Shown here in pieces: positions 12,514 to 26,057 of a stretch of 64,000 bases of DNA. Below the pieces are notes generated by a model that saw only the letters and a list, made by a program, of their open reading frames with translations, did not search any database and was not told the origin of the DNA. How positions within the stretch are numbered: position 1 is the first letter of the stretch; each line of letters starts with the position of its first letter. Source of the stretch: Lingula anatina (Eukaryota > Animalia > Brachiopoda); the NCBI GenBank assembly GCA_051362555.1, contig CM120647.1:6696001-6760000 (forward strand), read 5' to 3'. The position numbers and the translations under genes were made by a program.

Positions 12514-15500
12514 TTACGAATGGAATGGATAATTTTTGCTGTGTTTTAGACTGAAAAAAGAACAGTATCAGTTATAAACAGCCTTCTGTAAGCACACATT
12601 AATTTGCAACAGAATGTAATTAAGTTTTTTTCCAACTAAAATATATTTGCATAGGTAACATTTCAGATAAAATAAGATGTACGAACTAAATAATTGATGA
12701 ACTCATTTAATTGTTATAAACCAAATCATGAACCAGTGATATTAAACAACTGGATTCAATAAATGACGTAAAATTAAATTTGCCAACAGATCGAAATACG
12801 TTACATTTCAATGTAAAACGGTGTACCAACAAATATAGCACAAAAGTATTTTTTCAAGAACAAATTTAATTTAGCTTTAATACATAATTATGTTTCAGTC
12901 AAGTAATTAGATAATTGTGTTAAATTAATCAACCACTAAGTGACCTCTCCAGCCACAACACCCTGAAGTTCTGGTTAAGTTTTTCAAGTATTGTATTAAA
13001 CTAATCAACCGTTAACTGACCTCTCCATCCACAATACCCAGAAGATCTGATTAAGTTTTTCAGGTTTTGTACTAAACTAATCAAACGTAACTGACCTCTC
13101 CAGCCATATCACCCGGAAGTTTTGGTTAAGTTTCTCAAGCTTTTTCATGTCATCTCCAGAGAGCTCAAAGTCAAATATCTGTGACAAAAGATAAATAAAT
13201 AAATAAATAAATAAACATGTTTCTGTATGTATGACATTGTACGCCTTAAACTTTCACAAGCCCTTTTTAAGTTGACTTTGGCATATTGGTATAAACGTAT
13301 TTAAAAATGGGTCGAGCTGAATGAATTTGATCGACCCTGCCAGGTCGACCTAGCTACATGGAGGCTCTCGATGAATGAAATGAGATGAAAAAAAAATGGT
13401 AATTATCTTTGTGAACAACTATGGGTTTATCTTGAGCCTACATTGACCAATTTTTTTACTACTTAATTATTTTTTATTGACATCACAAAACAAAACATAC
13501 ATTTTTCACACTAAACACATAGTACAACAAAGTCTACATTAATAATCTGATGCAACACAAAAGACTGACAGTAGAGGTTATCGAGATATATTTCAGATTC
13601 ATATAAAAACTTAGCTGTGAACTTAGGCACAGAGAGAAGATAGCTGTAGGCATGCACTAATTGGCTATGACCGCAAGGTATAAGGGGATTGTCACACATC
13701 CACACTCGGCACTTATTATATCGTCCTAAGTAAGGCTGAATTGTAAATTGTACGTTAAGATGGCCCAAATTCTGTATTGAGTCCAGATATTCTTTAGCAA
13801 ATTCAACAAAGGAAATAAGTAATAATTGCTTGTTTTTGCACCTTAAGCTGTAGCTATGTTTGATTAGCATATTTAAGACATTATACGCATCTTTATTACT
13901 TTCCTTTTTGTCAATAATTCCAAATATAATTTTTTTTTTTCTAAACTCATACTCAGCTTATCTTTGATTACTTTTACAAAAGGTTTCCGTTACGGCACAG
14001 TCCCATAGTACATGGATTATTGTTTCCGTCTCTTTCTCGCACCTTTTACAAAGGGGGATGTTGACCAAACCAGTTTTTGCAAGATAACTAAATGTCGGTA
14101 GTATATTTTGGTTTATTTTATACTGGAACCACTTAAGTTTAGGACTGATAGGAAGGTTGAAGGGCAGTTTATTTATTATAGACCACTCTTTGTCATTAAC
14201 ATCGAACAATTTATTCCAATTTATTTTGCCCTTTGAAGTTGAAGTATTCTTACTAAGTATTTTATAGAAATCTTGGCAGCCCTTCTTACTTTCAAAGAAG
14301 ATACTTAAATGCTCTGGCAGTTTAGGGACCCTTCCTTCAAATTCGTTTATGTCATGCAATCTCAAGTATAAAATCCCTTATTGTAGATATACCTTTATTG
14401 AACCAATGCTTATAATATATTAACTTACTGTCTACTCTAAGCCCTTCCAACACAGACTTGCTTTTCCCCCTTAACTTATCTTTTTTGACCCTGAGTTCTT
14501 TCCATGCAAGTAACGCGTCTCCTCAGAACCGGTTTCGGCAAACTTTTAGACATTTATTCAAATACTCATTACCACCCATTGAAAGAAGTTCAAAATGCAG
14601 ATATATATCGATAGCAATTTGCCATTTTTTCTCGTTGTAAAATTATGTCTAATTCAAGTTAGTTTTAGTGAGGATAATAGTAAAAGCAAGTGTCTCATTT
14701 TGATACCACCGGAATTTTTAATAATTATATCGCGCTTCCATCGGAATTTTTAATAATTATATCGCGCTTTTCTTTGCCAATCTTTGAGTTCCACAAAAAG
14801 TGAAAGAGATCTCTCTGAAGATCATTGATAAACCTTTGACTAGGATTTGGTAAGGATATAAACAAATGAAATTATTAAGGATTTTATAATCATACACTTG
14901 CTGATGGGGGTGACCATTCTTCTATTCCATGCCTTAATAATTTTACTACTTAAATTTATTTTTTAGCTTTCACGTAACTCGAGAAAAGCTGAAAATATCA
15001 AATGGATTTTCACAAAGACACCGAGCAAGCATTATAACATCCGCAAGGACTACTAAATCAAAGAAAGACAGAGACACAAAGGTGCAAGAAAGCGATCCTC
15101 CATTCAATACGTACATCTATATTTTCTTTCAGCCGTGACAAGGTCTTAGTTTGAGGCACGGGACAAACCTGTCGCTGGACTTGGTACCGAAGCGCCACCT
15201 ATAGGCAGACATACATTAATACAATTAAACACCCAAACTGAATATAGAGGTGCAAATGAAGTCAAAGGCATGCTCTTAAAATATTTGATGCACAGAGAAC
15301 ATAATTATGTTTGATTATTTTAGGTTGAATGATGAATTGTGTATCAAAGTTTCACTCCCCTGTAACCATGAATAATAAAAAATACTTATTCTTCTAACCC
15401 GAAAAAGGAACATTAATTTTAAAGGTGCACAATGCATGCGAAACACCAGTGAATTATTGTCATGTAGACTAAACGGGGTTTGTTTACCTGTGCAGGAGAC

Positions 15501-16527
15501 TTGTTGTATTTCTTCCCAATGGTTGCTATGGTTTCATTGGTGAAAACATCCGGGTCTCCTTCTTTTTTCCTATAAATTAATGAATGAGTTCTTACTTTGA
15601 AAACACAGAAAACAAATGTATGAGTCAAAATCATAAAAAGTGAGCGAATGAGTCTTACAAACATTAAGTTGCAACGTAAAAGACATACTTTGTGAAATAT
15701 TCGTAGCGTATATGAGGTAAGTAATACTACGTGTAGTGAGTCGTGTGTAAGCCATGTTCAATATTTTATATTATCAGACGATTTAGCAGACGATCTGTGC
15801 CAGTTAAAGTCTTGATGGAATTAAACAAACGCCTTGCCCCACGTTCTTTTTAACATATTGTGTCTGCAACAATGCATGCACACTGTTGGTCTACATTTCA
15901 CAAACAATGACGAGAATACACTTTCCGGGTGGACTTAAAATCCAGATACGGCAGAACTCAAAATACAAAGATCTAACGTCTGAAGTCTTTGAAAATAAAA
16001 ATAGAATAACAACTGTAAATAATGGGAGAATTGCCTTAACAACGGAAAGACTTAACGACTGTGATATTAGTAATGAAGTTCCAGGACAAAAATTTAATGA
16101 GAATTTACCGATTAATAATGTGATCATGCAATACAATGAACCTATTCTGGATATAAATTCTTGCACATCTAGCAAAGCTAGATTTGGGTGTTTTCCAATT
16201 TATATGGAAATACAGATAAACACCATTACATTGAGTTGTCAACTCTGTAAAATGTTCAATCACTCAGATTCTTTTATTTGAAAAAAAACCCACTCGTGGC
16301 ACCTACCAAGAGCGTCCGGGTTTCCCCAGGGGACTATACCCGATCACTGCTATCCCGTGACTCTTACAGAAATTCACCAGTTCCTCATTGGCCATGAATG
16401 GGTGCGTTTCAATCTAATAAAATAACGAAAGCCAAAATGATACCAAACACCAACAAAAGATGTTTTAGGCAAAATTATCAACTTTTCAAGTGTATTTTCG
16501 CATGCACCCATGTAGGCATACACACAC

Positions 16528-16558
<31 letters not shown>

Positions 16559-18745
16559 ATAATATATACGCATGACACACATTCACGCATATGTAAGACA
16601 CAAACGCGCGCGTGCACGCAGTCTTATGCATATTAGGAGACAATAACGCACATGTAGGCATACACTTAAAGGTATTTCCACGTGCACACAGATGCGTACT
16701 CTAAAATCGTCACAAATATGCGTACCTCTAAGGCAGCTGGCTTTATCCTGCAATTCTCCACCTGTCGGCGCATTTGTTCTATGTTATAATTGGAGACGCC
16801 GATAGCTTTGACTAATCCTGCTTCCAGTATGTCTTCCATACCCTGGAGTAAAAAAATACAAAACTATAATTATATCAAATTTCTTCTCTATGGGCAGTCT
16901 CATTCTCTGTGAATTCTAAGCGTCCAAATGTGTGCGTGTGTGTGTGTGTGTGTGAGAGAGATAGAGAGAGAGAGAGAGCAAATATCAATACATTTTAGTC
17001 GAGAAGGATCGGGAGGGGGTACTTACCTTCCACGTCTCAGGGTAATCATGTTCGTCATCGTCCGCAACGGCCAATTTCCCATCCGCGTCCATTGGGTGAA
17101 ATTCGTCGCCGCTCTGAGCATGAAAACGATAAATGAATTAAAAACTATCATTTTAGAATTCAAGTCAATCATTCAACCTTAATGAATTACGAAATAAGAA
17201 GCGTGATAATAAAGTTGTGGCAACAAAGTTTGTCCGTATACGATCTTATTTCCTTATTATACTTCTGTGTACATGTCTCCTTGTCTGTCTGCTTGCTCCC
17301 TCCGATATTTGTCTTGCTTAGTGCCTGTTTATCCTTTCTTTCTTTCTTTCTTTCTTTTTTTCTTTCTTTCTCAGGCAGTCTTTCTGACCATCTGTTTCTA
17401 TGATGTCTGTCTGCCTGTTTGTCTTTCATTCTGTCTGTCTGTCTGTCTGTGTGTCAGTCAGTCAGTCTGTCTACCTTTCAGTCAGTCAGTCAGTCTGTCC
17501 GTTTCCTAGTAAATATAATCTGTCCATACCTTATAAGCCACCGGCCAGTGAACCAGAAAGAGGTCAATATATTCCATCCCAAGCGCCTGGAGACTCTTCT
17601 TCACTGCAACCTGGACATCTTCGCGGGCGTGAGAGTTGTTCCACAGCTAATTGCAAAACACAATGTTAACAGATATGTCAACGATTTCGTAAACAAAAAT
17701 ATAAAGTATTTGAGATGGATGGTGGGTGAAATAGAGGGTTAGGTAGGTGGGTGGGTGTATTAAATAAAGGTGGATATTATGGATGGCGGGATGGTGGGTC
17801 TTAGGCGAAGTGTGTAGTGTAGAATGGATGGAGAGTATGGAGGGTTTATAGTTAGATGGCTGGGTGTACTGTGGGTGAAGTGTGGGTGTTGTGAATGGGG
17901 GGTACTGGTTAGATGGGTGGGTGTAGTGTGGGTGAAGTGTGGGTGTTGTGAATGGGGGGTAATGGTTAGATGGCTGGGTGAAGTGTGGGTGAAGTGTGGG
18001 TGAAGTGTGGGTGTTGTGAATGGGGGGTACTGGTTAGATGGGTGGGTGTAGTGTGGGTGAAGTGTGGGTGTTGTGAATGGAAGATGATGGTTGGATGGGT
18101 GGGTGTAAGTTGGGTAATTGTAGGGTGCAATGGATAGAGGAATAATGGGAAGATGGGTGTGAAAATATAAATAAATATTTCAACATTTCGGTAAATACAG
18201 CGGTAGTTTATAATTTTTATTTTTAGTTTTAACTAATTATTAAAATAAGGGTACAGAGAGACTGTTGCAGGACCAGACGGGATGTCTTTTATCTGGGTAT
18301 TCCCAGTTAATTTAATAACAAAATACGACCGTGAATCTAAAGAATGCTTGAGATTCGAATTCCGCTTACCTTGGAGGTGATAAAAACTTCTTCTCGTGTC
18401 ACAGCGCCCTCTTTAATCTTGTCATTGATGGCGTGCCCGACAGGCTTTTCTGTATCATAGATAAAGGCTGTGTCCAAGTGCCTAAAGCCACCGTCTATTG
18501 CAGCCTTGGTTACTTCGACTACAGTATCGAAAGGGCTCTAGTGTGAAAGAATAAGATGTATACTGTAAACGGAATGAACCTTCCCCCTCACCTATATTGG
18601 CCATTTAGATTCTGTTTAGTGCAACGAGTTTATCAGATTCTGTTATTTATGATTAAAACAACCCTTCCCTCATAAAAAATATCCATTATGACACTCTAAA
18701 GGACGACTCTAAAGTTATCTATAGGAATCCTACATAACTCCACTT

Positions 18746-18802
<57 letters not shown>

Positions 18803-19113
18803 CGCGCGCGCGAAATCAACCCATTATTGTATATGCATGTACGCATGCACGCACACACACACACACACGTACGCATTCGCTAAACGTTTTAATTGCTCTA
18901 TGCTGTTTCAATAGACTGTTCATGCACTTAACACACACCGTGTTTACAAAGGCGTACTTAGGGACCACCATGTGATCCTCCCCCCACTCCCAAATATCGG
19001 AGGTACAAAGTCCAATCTACCTTGTAATCGTACATTCCGTGTACAGTTCCAAGTCCAATGATGGGCATTTTTACGCCATTATTTAGGGTAAGGGACGGCA
19101 CGTTCTCCGCCAT
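12514..19113 (-). CDS. Aldo-keto reductase (AKR1-like), 324 aa, 10 exons: 19021-19113, 18370-18537, 17530-17646, 17027-17113, 16726-16842, 16307-16413, 15488-15569, 15115-15198, 13096-13178, 12514-12550
   Basis: All junctions are GT-AG and phase-compatible (975 nt). Motifs LNNGVKMPIIGLGT, GFRHLDTAFIY, VFITSKLWN, YIDLFLVHWP, KAIGVSNY, GYSPLG, KYNKSPAQVALRY, ENIDIFDFEL, NYPF*. Catalytic tetrad Asp/Tyr/Lys/His is present. Confidence 0.93.
12925..13140 (-). repeat. Three tandem ~76-bp copies of the 3' half of AKR exon 9 plus its donor site
   Basis: Minus-strand unit ..GAAAAACTTAAYCAGA..TTC.GGGT....TGG.TGGAGAG|gtca occurs three times. Confidence 0.75.
13500..14945 (-). mobile_element. Degenerate L1/Tx1-type LINE ORF2 3' fragment in AKR intron 8
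   Basis: KLKWFQYKINQNILPT...LCKRCEKETETIIHVLWDC (zf-RVT zinc knuckle) and upstream fragments IIKAWNRR..PNPSQRFINDLQRDLFHFLWNSK, broken by frameshifts. Confidence 0.8.
17800..18125. repeat. G/T-rich minisatellite in AKR intron 2
   Basis: Repeated gtgggtgaagtgtgggtgttgtgaatggggggta.tggttagatgg units. Confidence 0.8.
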
Positions 19114-20693
19114 TCTGCCCTCCTTGATGGGAATGTGTTCCGACACTCAGCAACAGCCCAAAGTTGTTGGGTAATGCATGTATAATTTGCCCCTTATGTA
19201 ATGTATCTCAGCACTTCTTGATAAACTGAGTGAATTAAGGCCCTGTTAACTACAGATTAAGCTCAAGTTTGCGCCTTGTATTTAGGTCAACGTGCACGTT
19301 TTTATTACAGATCTATTACATAAACTTGCAGTGCCATGCGGGCCCCAAAGTGGACTTACTTGTCTTTTAATGAACTGTTCCTGTCAACTTACTCTTTGGA
19401 ACTGATTGCATGTAATGAATTAAGGCTAAACACAAACGCCATACATTATAGGCCTACATTCAATTGCACATTGCAACTATTGCTTCATGCCTGTACAAAG
19501 ATGGCCCTACTTCTTTTCTCTGCTTAATTTCGGTTAGGCTATAACCTGCGGTCGATTACCGTTTCATTGCGTTTTAAAAAAAGAATCATAGGGCTACAAG
19601 CTTTTTACTGTGCACGAAAATAAACAGTAAAAGAATGTCCACAAAAAATTAAATTGCGTTTGTATTTTGTCTAAATATTCAGTTATTCTGACGAATTGGG
19701 TCGATTGGTAAATTGAGACATCTGATCTATAGCTCAGTACAGCATGAAGTAACAAAATCTATATCTATTTAGCATTACGTGTATTTGCGGAATCGAAGAC
19801 CAGCATTAACATGTAATGTGTTGTTAATTATTGTTACAAAATGAGGTACATCTATTTAGCATGTACTTTCCACAATCGAAAGCCAGCATCAACGTGCGAT
19901 ATGTGTTGTTCAAGGCGTAAAATCATTTTTCTATTTCATTTTTTAATTTAAGACTATGGTAAGCCCATGTGCACGTGCTAACTAGATCGTTCACTGCGTT
20001 CTAAATCCTAGTGCGCTTGATTTGGTCTTTATGTGCAACTTCATATCACAAATGATCTTACACGGTTTTAATCATTACAGCGGTAGTCTTAAAATGGACT
20101 GAATCTGCTTTTAAGATCAAAATGATCTAACGTCTACTTAAATAGTGGTCAAGCAACTACCTCCCCTCACAATGGTGGACACCTCTGTTCACAACAGAAG
20201 AGCATGTGAGGGGAGACAATCGCATAACAAGTCAGTCCAGTAATTGTCTTACTCCTCGTTTAAGACAACGTAAGAATGTTTTTGATCTGAAATTACACTT
20301 TAAGACCAAATCAGGTGCACTAGTGAAGTCGATGGACTTCTATCTAATTCTGCGTCTGTGTGACATTAAAAAAGTCACAAAAATGATAAAACAAGTGCTT
20401 CATCCATATAATATAGCAGTTAGGTATATTGGTATTTAGATAACATTTAGTGTGATTACAGAAAAATACGTCTTCACCCGTAAGGAAGAGAGTCTAGTAG
20501 TAGTAATATTGAGGGCACGAATGTCTGTTCTTGTATATATTCTTGGACCGCCCCCTTTAGCTACGTGTTCACAGTCGATTCGATACAATATGCCTCTAAC
20601 TAAGCCGAAAACAACCTATTTAAATACATTGCTGTACCAATACGTCACACTTTCGCACAGAACGCTCACCTATAGATGATAAACTTGCTCAGT

Positions 20694-21866
20694 ATGTTTC
20701 TTTCAGGTTTGCTCTGGTTCTTGCTGTTGTTGGTTGTGAATGATGTAATGGGAACATCATGTGGTGCACCCCAGAATGGCCACAAGGTAATGTGTTCTCT
20801 AATGTATCATTTTAAAATGATGTAGGGATGCGCCAACATATCGATTCTATAGTCTACATCGCATAGTACATGAGTGCATTAATGATTCACAGACATAATG
20901 TATAGGTTGGTTGATATATAGATAATTAAGGCTGCTTTTTGGCAAACCGAACGTAGAATAATTACAGAGTTTACAATATTGCATAAACTTTTTATATCTG
21001 TGCATCCTATAGAATAAGTTCATCTCGTTATTGTAGGGCATATTTGAGCCATTTAATTTCACGTATCAATCGAAATCCAATGAGATCCCCTTCAAATGGG
21101 TACCAATATACACGTTAGGAGCAACAGGGGATGGAATCAGTTTTAATTCATATCCATACACAAAAAATGTGGTAACTACACGCTAAGAGTATGCTTAATG
21201 TGTATCGCCCAATAATAGTATGTTTTCTTTGAATAATGTAAAATATCATCAAGACAAACGTCGTTTTATTATTATTATTATTATAATTATTATTATTATT
21301 ATTATTTTTTTTTTTATTATACATTTCATAAACTACAGGAAGGTCTGGACAAAGGGGATAAACGGCGTCATAAATTGGCCCGATTTTTTAACTTATTGGA
21401 CGCTGACAATGATGGCTTTGTGGACAAACATGATTATGTCAGCAGGACTGTTGAAAGAGCCAAGATATATTTTGGGGCGGATAAGATCAACGCTTTCAAT
21501 GACACTGTCTCCAAGGCTTGGTCTTCCTTCTGGTCCATACCAGAAGACGACTTTCAAAGAAGATTGGACGTGACGGACCTAATTTCCAGCCACGCGGCAC
21601 TGTATAATACCAACAGATATCAGCCGTTGCTCAAACTTTGGGCAGGAAATTTATTTGGAGCAGCAGATAATAACGATGATGAACAGCTGAGCGTCTTCGA
21701 GCACAAAGCCTTCCTTCAAGTATTCAATGTTCACCAAGGTTTCGATGATTCATTCAGTTATGTCGACGAAAATCATAGTGGTAGCATCGACAAAAAAGAG
21801 TTTGTCACAGCCGCTCTCGATTATTTCTGCAACCGTTATGACGATTCTTTGTTTTTTGGTGCCTAA
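20694..21866 (+). CDS. Secreted SCP/aequorin-fold EF-hand protein, paralog 3 (206 aa; exons 20694-20786, 21339-21866)
   Basis: MFLSGLLWFLLLLVVNDVMGTSCGAPQNGHK|gt ... ctacag|EGLDKGDKRRHKLARFFNLLDADNDGFVDKHD ... DNNDDEQLSVFE ... DENHSGSIDKKE ... SLFFGA*. Intact and head-to-head with the AKR. Confidence 0.88.
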
Positions 21867-22368
21867 AAATCCTATTCAAATGTGATTATGAAATTAACAA
21901 TTATTATCTTTGAAATATTCGGTTAAAAGTACGAGTTTGGATAACGCAAGTTACTATTAAAAGATAAATATACAGAAGCCCATTTTTTTCGTTTGTTATT
22001 AAAATGCAAACATTTGTCATTTTTTGATGAGGGATTCAAAATTTCATAAAGGATATGGATTAGGTACATGGGTGAAATACATTCCACAAGCAAAAGTAAA
22101 CATTTGTACTTTCGCAACGCACACAAAATACCGCTATCAATTCCTAACACACGTAACATTTTCAACAGAATCCTCACTCCATTTGCAAAAAGGTGATTTC
22201 AGGGACACTTCAGGTTTCATCCTGATCATGCAATTGTTCGCAGTGGTCGTCTGGTGAGTGCAGTTGTTGCAGAAATGCATTGTTCCGAAGATGAAGCAAC
22301 CATCATTGACCCTACTGAGCACACGCGACATGAGTTGGAGTGTGAATTGTAGTGGAAAACCAACCCAC

Positions 22369-22407
<39 letters not shown>

Positions 22408-24805
22408 TAATAATGGTACATGTAATAATAATAATAATAATAATAATAAATTGCTTAAAAACGGCGCTACACTTACGTCTCAGCGCTGTTTACACTTACA
22501 TATAAAAACTAAAACTACAAAGATTAATTAAAAACTAACATAAATTACCCTAATGACTTTGATACAAAAACTTGGCGGACATCAGATGACGGCATGTTAC
22601 AGTATGTAGCATAAGCTTAAATGCAAAACTAAAACAATGTAAAGGATTCGTTGTAATATCATAATTTTAGTTTATGTATTATATTATATAACAATACTTC
22701 TAGAAGAATTACGGGACCAAAGCTGTTTTTCAGATATGCTCTTCGATCTAAATCATGAAACAATCGCAGTTGGATATTTGAAAATGCCTATGTATGTTTA
22801 TGATTTAAAATGAATGCAAATAGCTCCTTGCTGTTACAAAAAAGGAAAGGTTTAAGCAAAAGATGGTATGTGGGAACTCATGCACAAAGAATGGCGTGCA
22901 CAATTTAAAAACACGGTACAGCCTGGTGGTTGTAATAAATCGGGCAGACATGAGTCATAGAACCAGAGATGTTGCATTTTCAGAAAAAAACATTTTTAAA
23001 TGAAACCTATACATTAAATATTTTAAAATGAAACCCATTCTCCAAGGGAAATTGCAGGGGAGGAAATTAGCAGTGGAAGTTTCCTAATCAGGATTGACTA
23101 TTGAAAATACTTATGTGAAGACTTATAGCCATGTTTCCATCAATTCTGACCATCACCATCATTATTGACAGTCAAACAAAGATTTAAAAATACACAGATA
23201 AAGAACAGAAATGTGAAAGACTTCAAGCAACAACGGATTTATCACACATTGAAACGTTTTCTATAAGTGTAGTGTATGTTTCAGTTTTCCATGTTTTACT
23301 TCTCATTTTCGCCTTATTTTTTATATCCAGGCACTTTCAGTTCTTCACTTATTATGTCATTCATCTTTTACATTCTTATCGTCCTGTGATTTATGAAATG
23401 GGTCATAAAACGTTTTGCTTTAAATACTATATAGCATACAGTGCAAATATCATAATGACGGAAGATACGCCAAAATGATACCACATGGAAAACTGTTTAC
23501 CACAGGCTGGTTTTAGAAATTGTCCAATTAATTGTTGTGCAAATCTTGCATAGATATGTTTTCAATTCAAAACAGTACCTTGATTAACGTGTGAGCCTTA
23601 GGCTGTATTCCCAGAGCTTTTAGATCGATGTACCCCCGCGGGGAGTCTCACTAGATTACTGTCAGATAATCTGGCTTAAATGTCCGTCCCGCTTACTACA
23701 AGCTGTAAGGGGGTAATTAACTTTCGTGCCCGCTTGGCTGACAGCTATTTAGCGTGAACCCCCAGGGAGTTAGGTTGATCTAAAGTAGATCGATCTAATC
23801 TCTGGAAATGGGGTCTAAGATGCAACGACAAAAACAGTTTAACTTTTGACCTTCCGAGCAGCAGAAGAAAATATTTGTACTGAATAAACGCCGGCTTCTT
23901 TTTATTGAAAAAACACCGAGTTTTATTGGAATTGCTGATGTTCAATATTTGCCTAAAAGGATAAAAGATGACTTATTCCAAGACAAATGACAAACGCCGT
24001 TCCGACAACGCGCCAAACGAACAACCGATCTTCGGAGAGACTTCGGAAAAAAGAACATTAACGAACACATATGGAAGCGAACACAATTAATAGTTCTTCA
24101 CTAAAGCATTTCACCTGACACGCTATGTGAACAACCACCAACAACAACCAAACCAGACATGGAAGTAGAAACATCATTTGTCTATGCCAAGCAAGTTAAC
24201 TGTCAATATATCTGCGTTCTGTGCATTTGTGGTATGTCTATATTCAGAAAATTGTTTAAATACGGAGTTGCTTTCGTCGGTTCTAGAGGCATATTGACTC
24301 CAATCGTCATTAAACACGAAGTTAAAAGTAGCAACTCAAGGTGCTGAGCTCCTGTACAGCACTTTATACGGCAACTGCGCTGTATCCGCCCATGGACGTG
24401 AAAATACCGCGACACTCAGTCTGCATTATGGCCGGGCGTCTAATGCTAACTGCACTGAGACGCACGTTGAATACACAGTATACAAAATAATAGACTGTAC
24501 GTCTTATGTTTTAAACATTCACAATTAATGCCTTAATCTGCTTTTGTTTTCATTCTGATGTTAATAATGTGTCGGAACATAAAGTCAAGAAAATATCAAT
24601 ATAAACATCTAAGTCGCAACAGAAGGTTTAGATACATATCTGACAACAATTGCTCATACATATAGGCTAGTCATAAACAATACCTTTTATACAAATTGGA
24701 AAGATCTAAATGCCATTTGTAACGTGTCTAGGCCTTTCGTCACCAGTGAAGGGGGAGAGTTCTATTAGGATATATTAATAAATTGTTAAAAAATTCACTG
24801 CCACT

Positions 24806-25085
24806 GGGGCCATTCAGAATAGAAGATCCGAGTATCAACTGGTCCAAGGATCAAATATGGCGGACCCTACATAAAAAGAAGACCGCTTAATCCGCTTAAT
24901 CTAACACGTCTGCTCTGGTCGTGATTTAATTACTGTACCCCTGCGTGGACGACGCGTTGGGGAGCGTGTGAGATGCGGAGAGACCATTACAGGATTAAGT
25001 GGCTGCGGTCTTCCCTTCAATTAGGGTCCGCCACATTTGAACCTTGGACCAGTTGATACTCGGATCTTCTATTGTGAATGGCCCC
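24806..25085. mobile_element. Hairpin MITE; related element at ~61768-62027
   Basis: ggggccattca.aatagaagatccgagtatcaactggtccaagg ... ccttggaccagttgatactcggatcttctatt.tgaatggcccc long terminal inverted repeats. Confidence 0.7.
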
Positions 25086-26057
25086 ATCAACGTGTCACGG
25101 CCTTTCCACCAGTGAGAGTGTTATTGCATGAACACGAAGTGCCATTATTGACCCAAAGTAAACTTACTCACCTTTGATGCACTGCTTCCGTCAACTTACA
25201 TTTTGGCGCCGATTAGATGTAATAAATTCAGGCTAAACACAATAACCGTACTATACATTCAATCGCACATTGCAACTATTGAATACAAGACAGATCTACG
25301 ACTGATTAAGTTACTTCATACCTGTACAAAGATGCTCCTATTTCTTATTGTTGGTCAAGTTTGGTAAGTCTATAATCTGTGGTCAATTGTCGATTCAGCT
25401 CGTTAAAAAATCATAGGGCTACAAGTTTTTTATTGTACATGGGTACGAAAATAAACAGTAAAAGAATGCCCACAAAAAGGCCAGCATCAACATGTTATAT
25501 GGTTTGTTAAATATTTTGACAACATAATCTACATCTGCTTAGCATTCAGTGCATTTGCAGAATCGAGGGCCAGCATCAACACGTTATGTGTTGTTAAATA
25601 TTATTAACACATAGTCTACATCTATTTAGCATTCTCTGTATTATAATTTCCACAACCAAAGGCCAGCATCAACATGTTATGTGGGTTGTTAAATGCATGG
25701 AATCATTGGTCACAGTTCATTTTTTTAATATAAGACTATGGGAAGCCAGTATGTAAGTGCTACCTAGGCCATTCATTCACCCAAATCCAATATAACAATT
25801 GAGGTCACAGGCATATTATTAAAAAAATATATTCAGTGCACAAATTGCAAACTACGTTGATTATTTTAGGGTTGCACATGAAGAAGTTTGTATGAAAGTT
25901 TCACTCTCGTGGAACCATGAATAATAAAAAAAATAACAATTCATCGTCTAGCCCTGAAGAGAAAGATACGTTACATTCACAAATGCAAAACGTCCAGTTG
26001 TGAAATCTTCTACTCACTTTGAAAATTCAATCATAACTGATTTTGATCTTTTATTTA

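Noticed and set aside
17182-17742. ORFs rich in S/V/C/L or K/E/R
   Set aside because: Translations of TCTG/TCAG/CTTT microsatellites and of the antisense strand of AKR exon 3.
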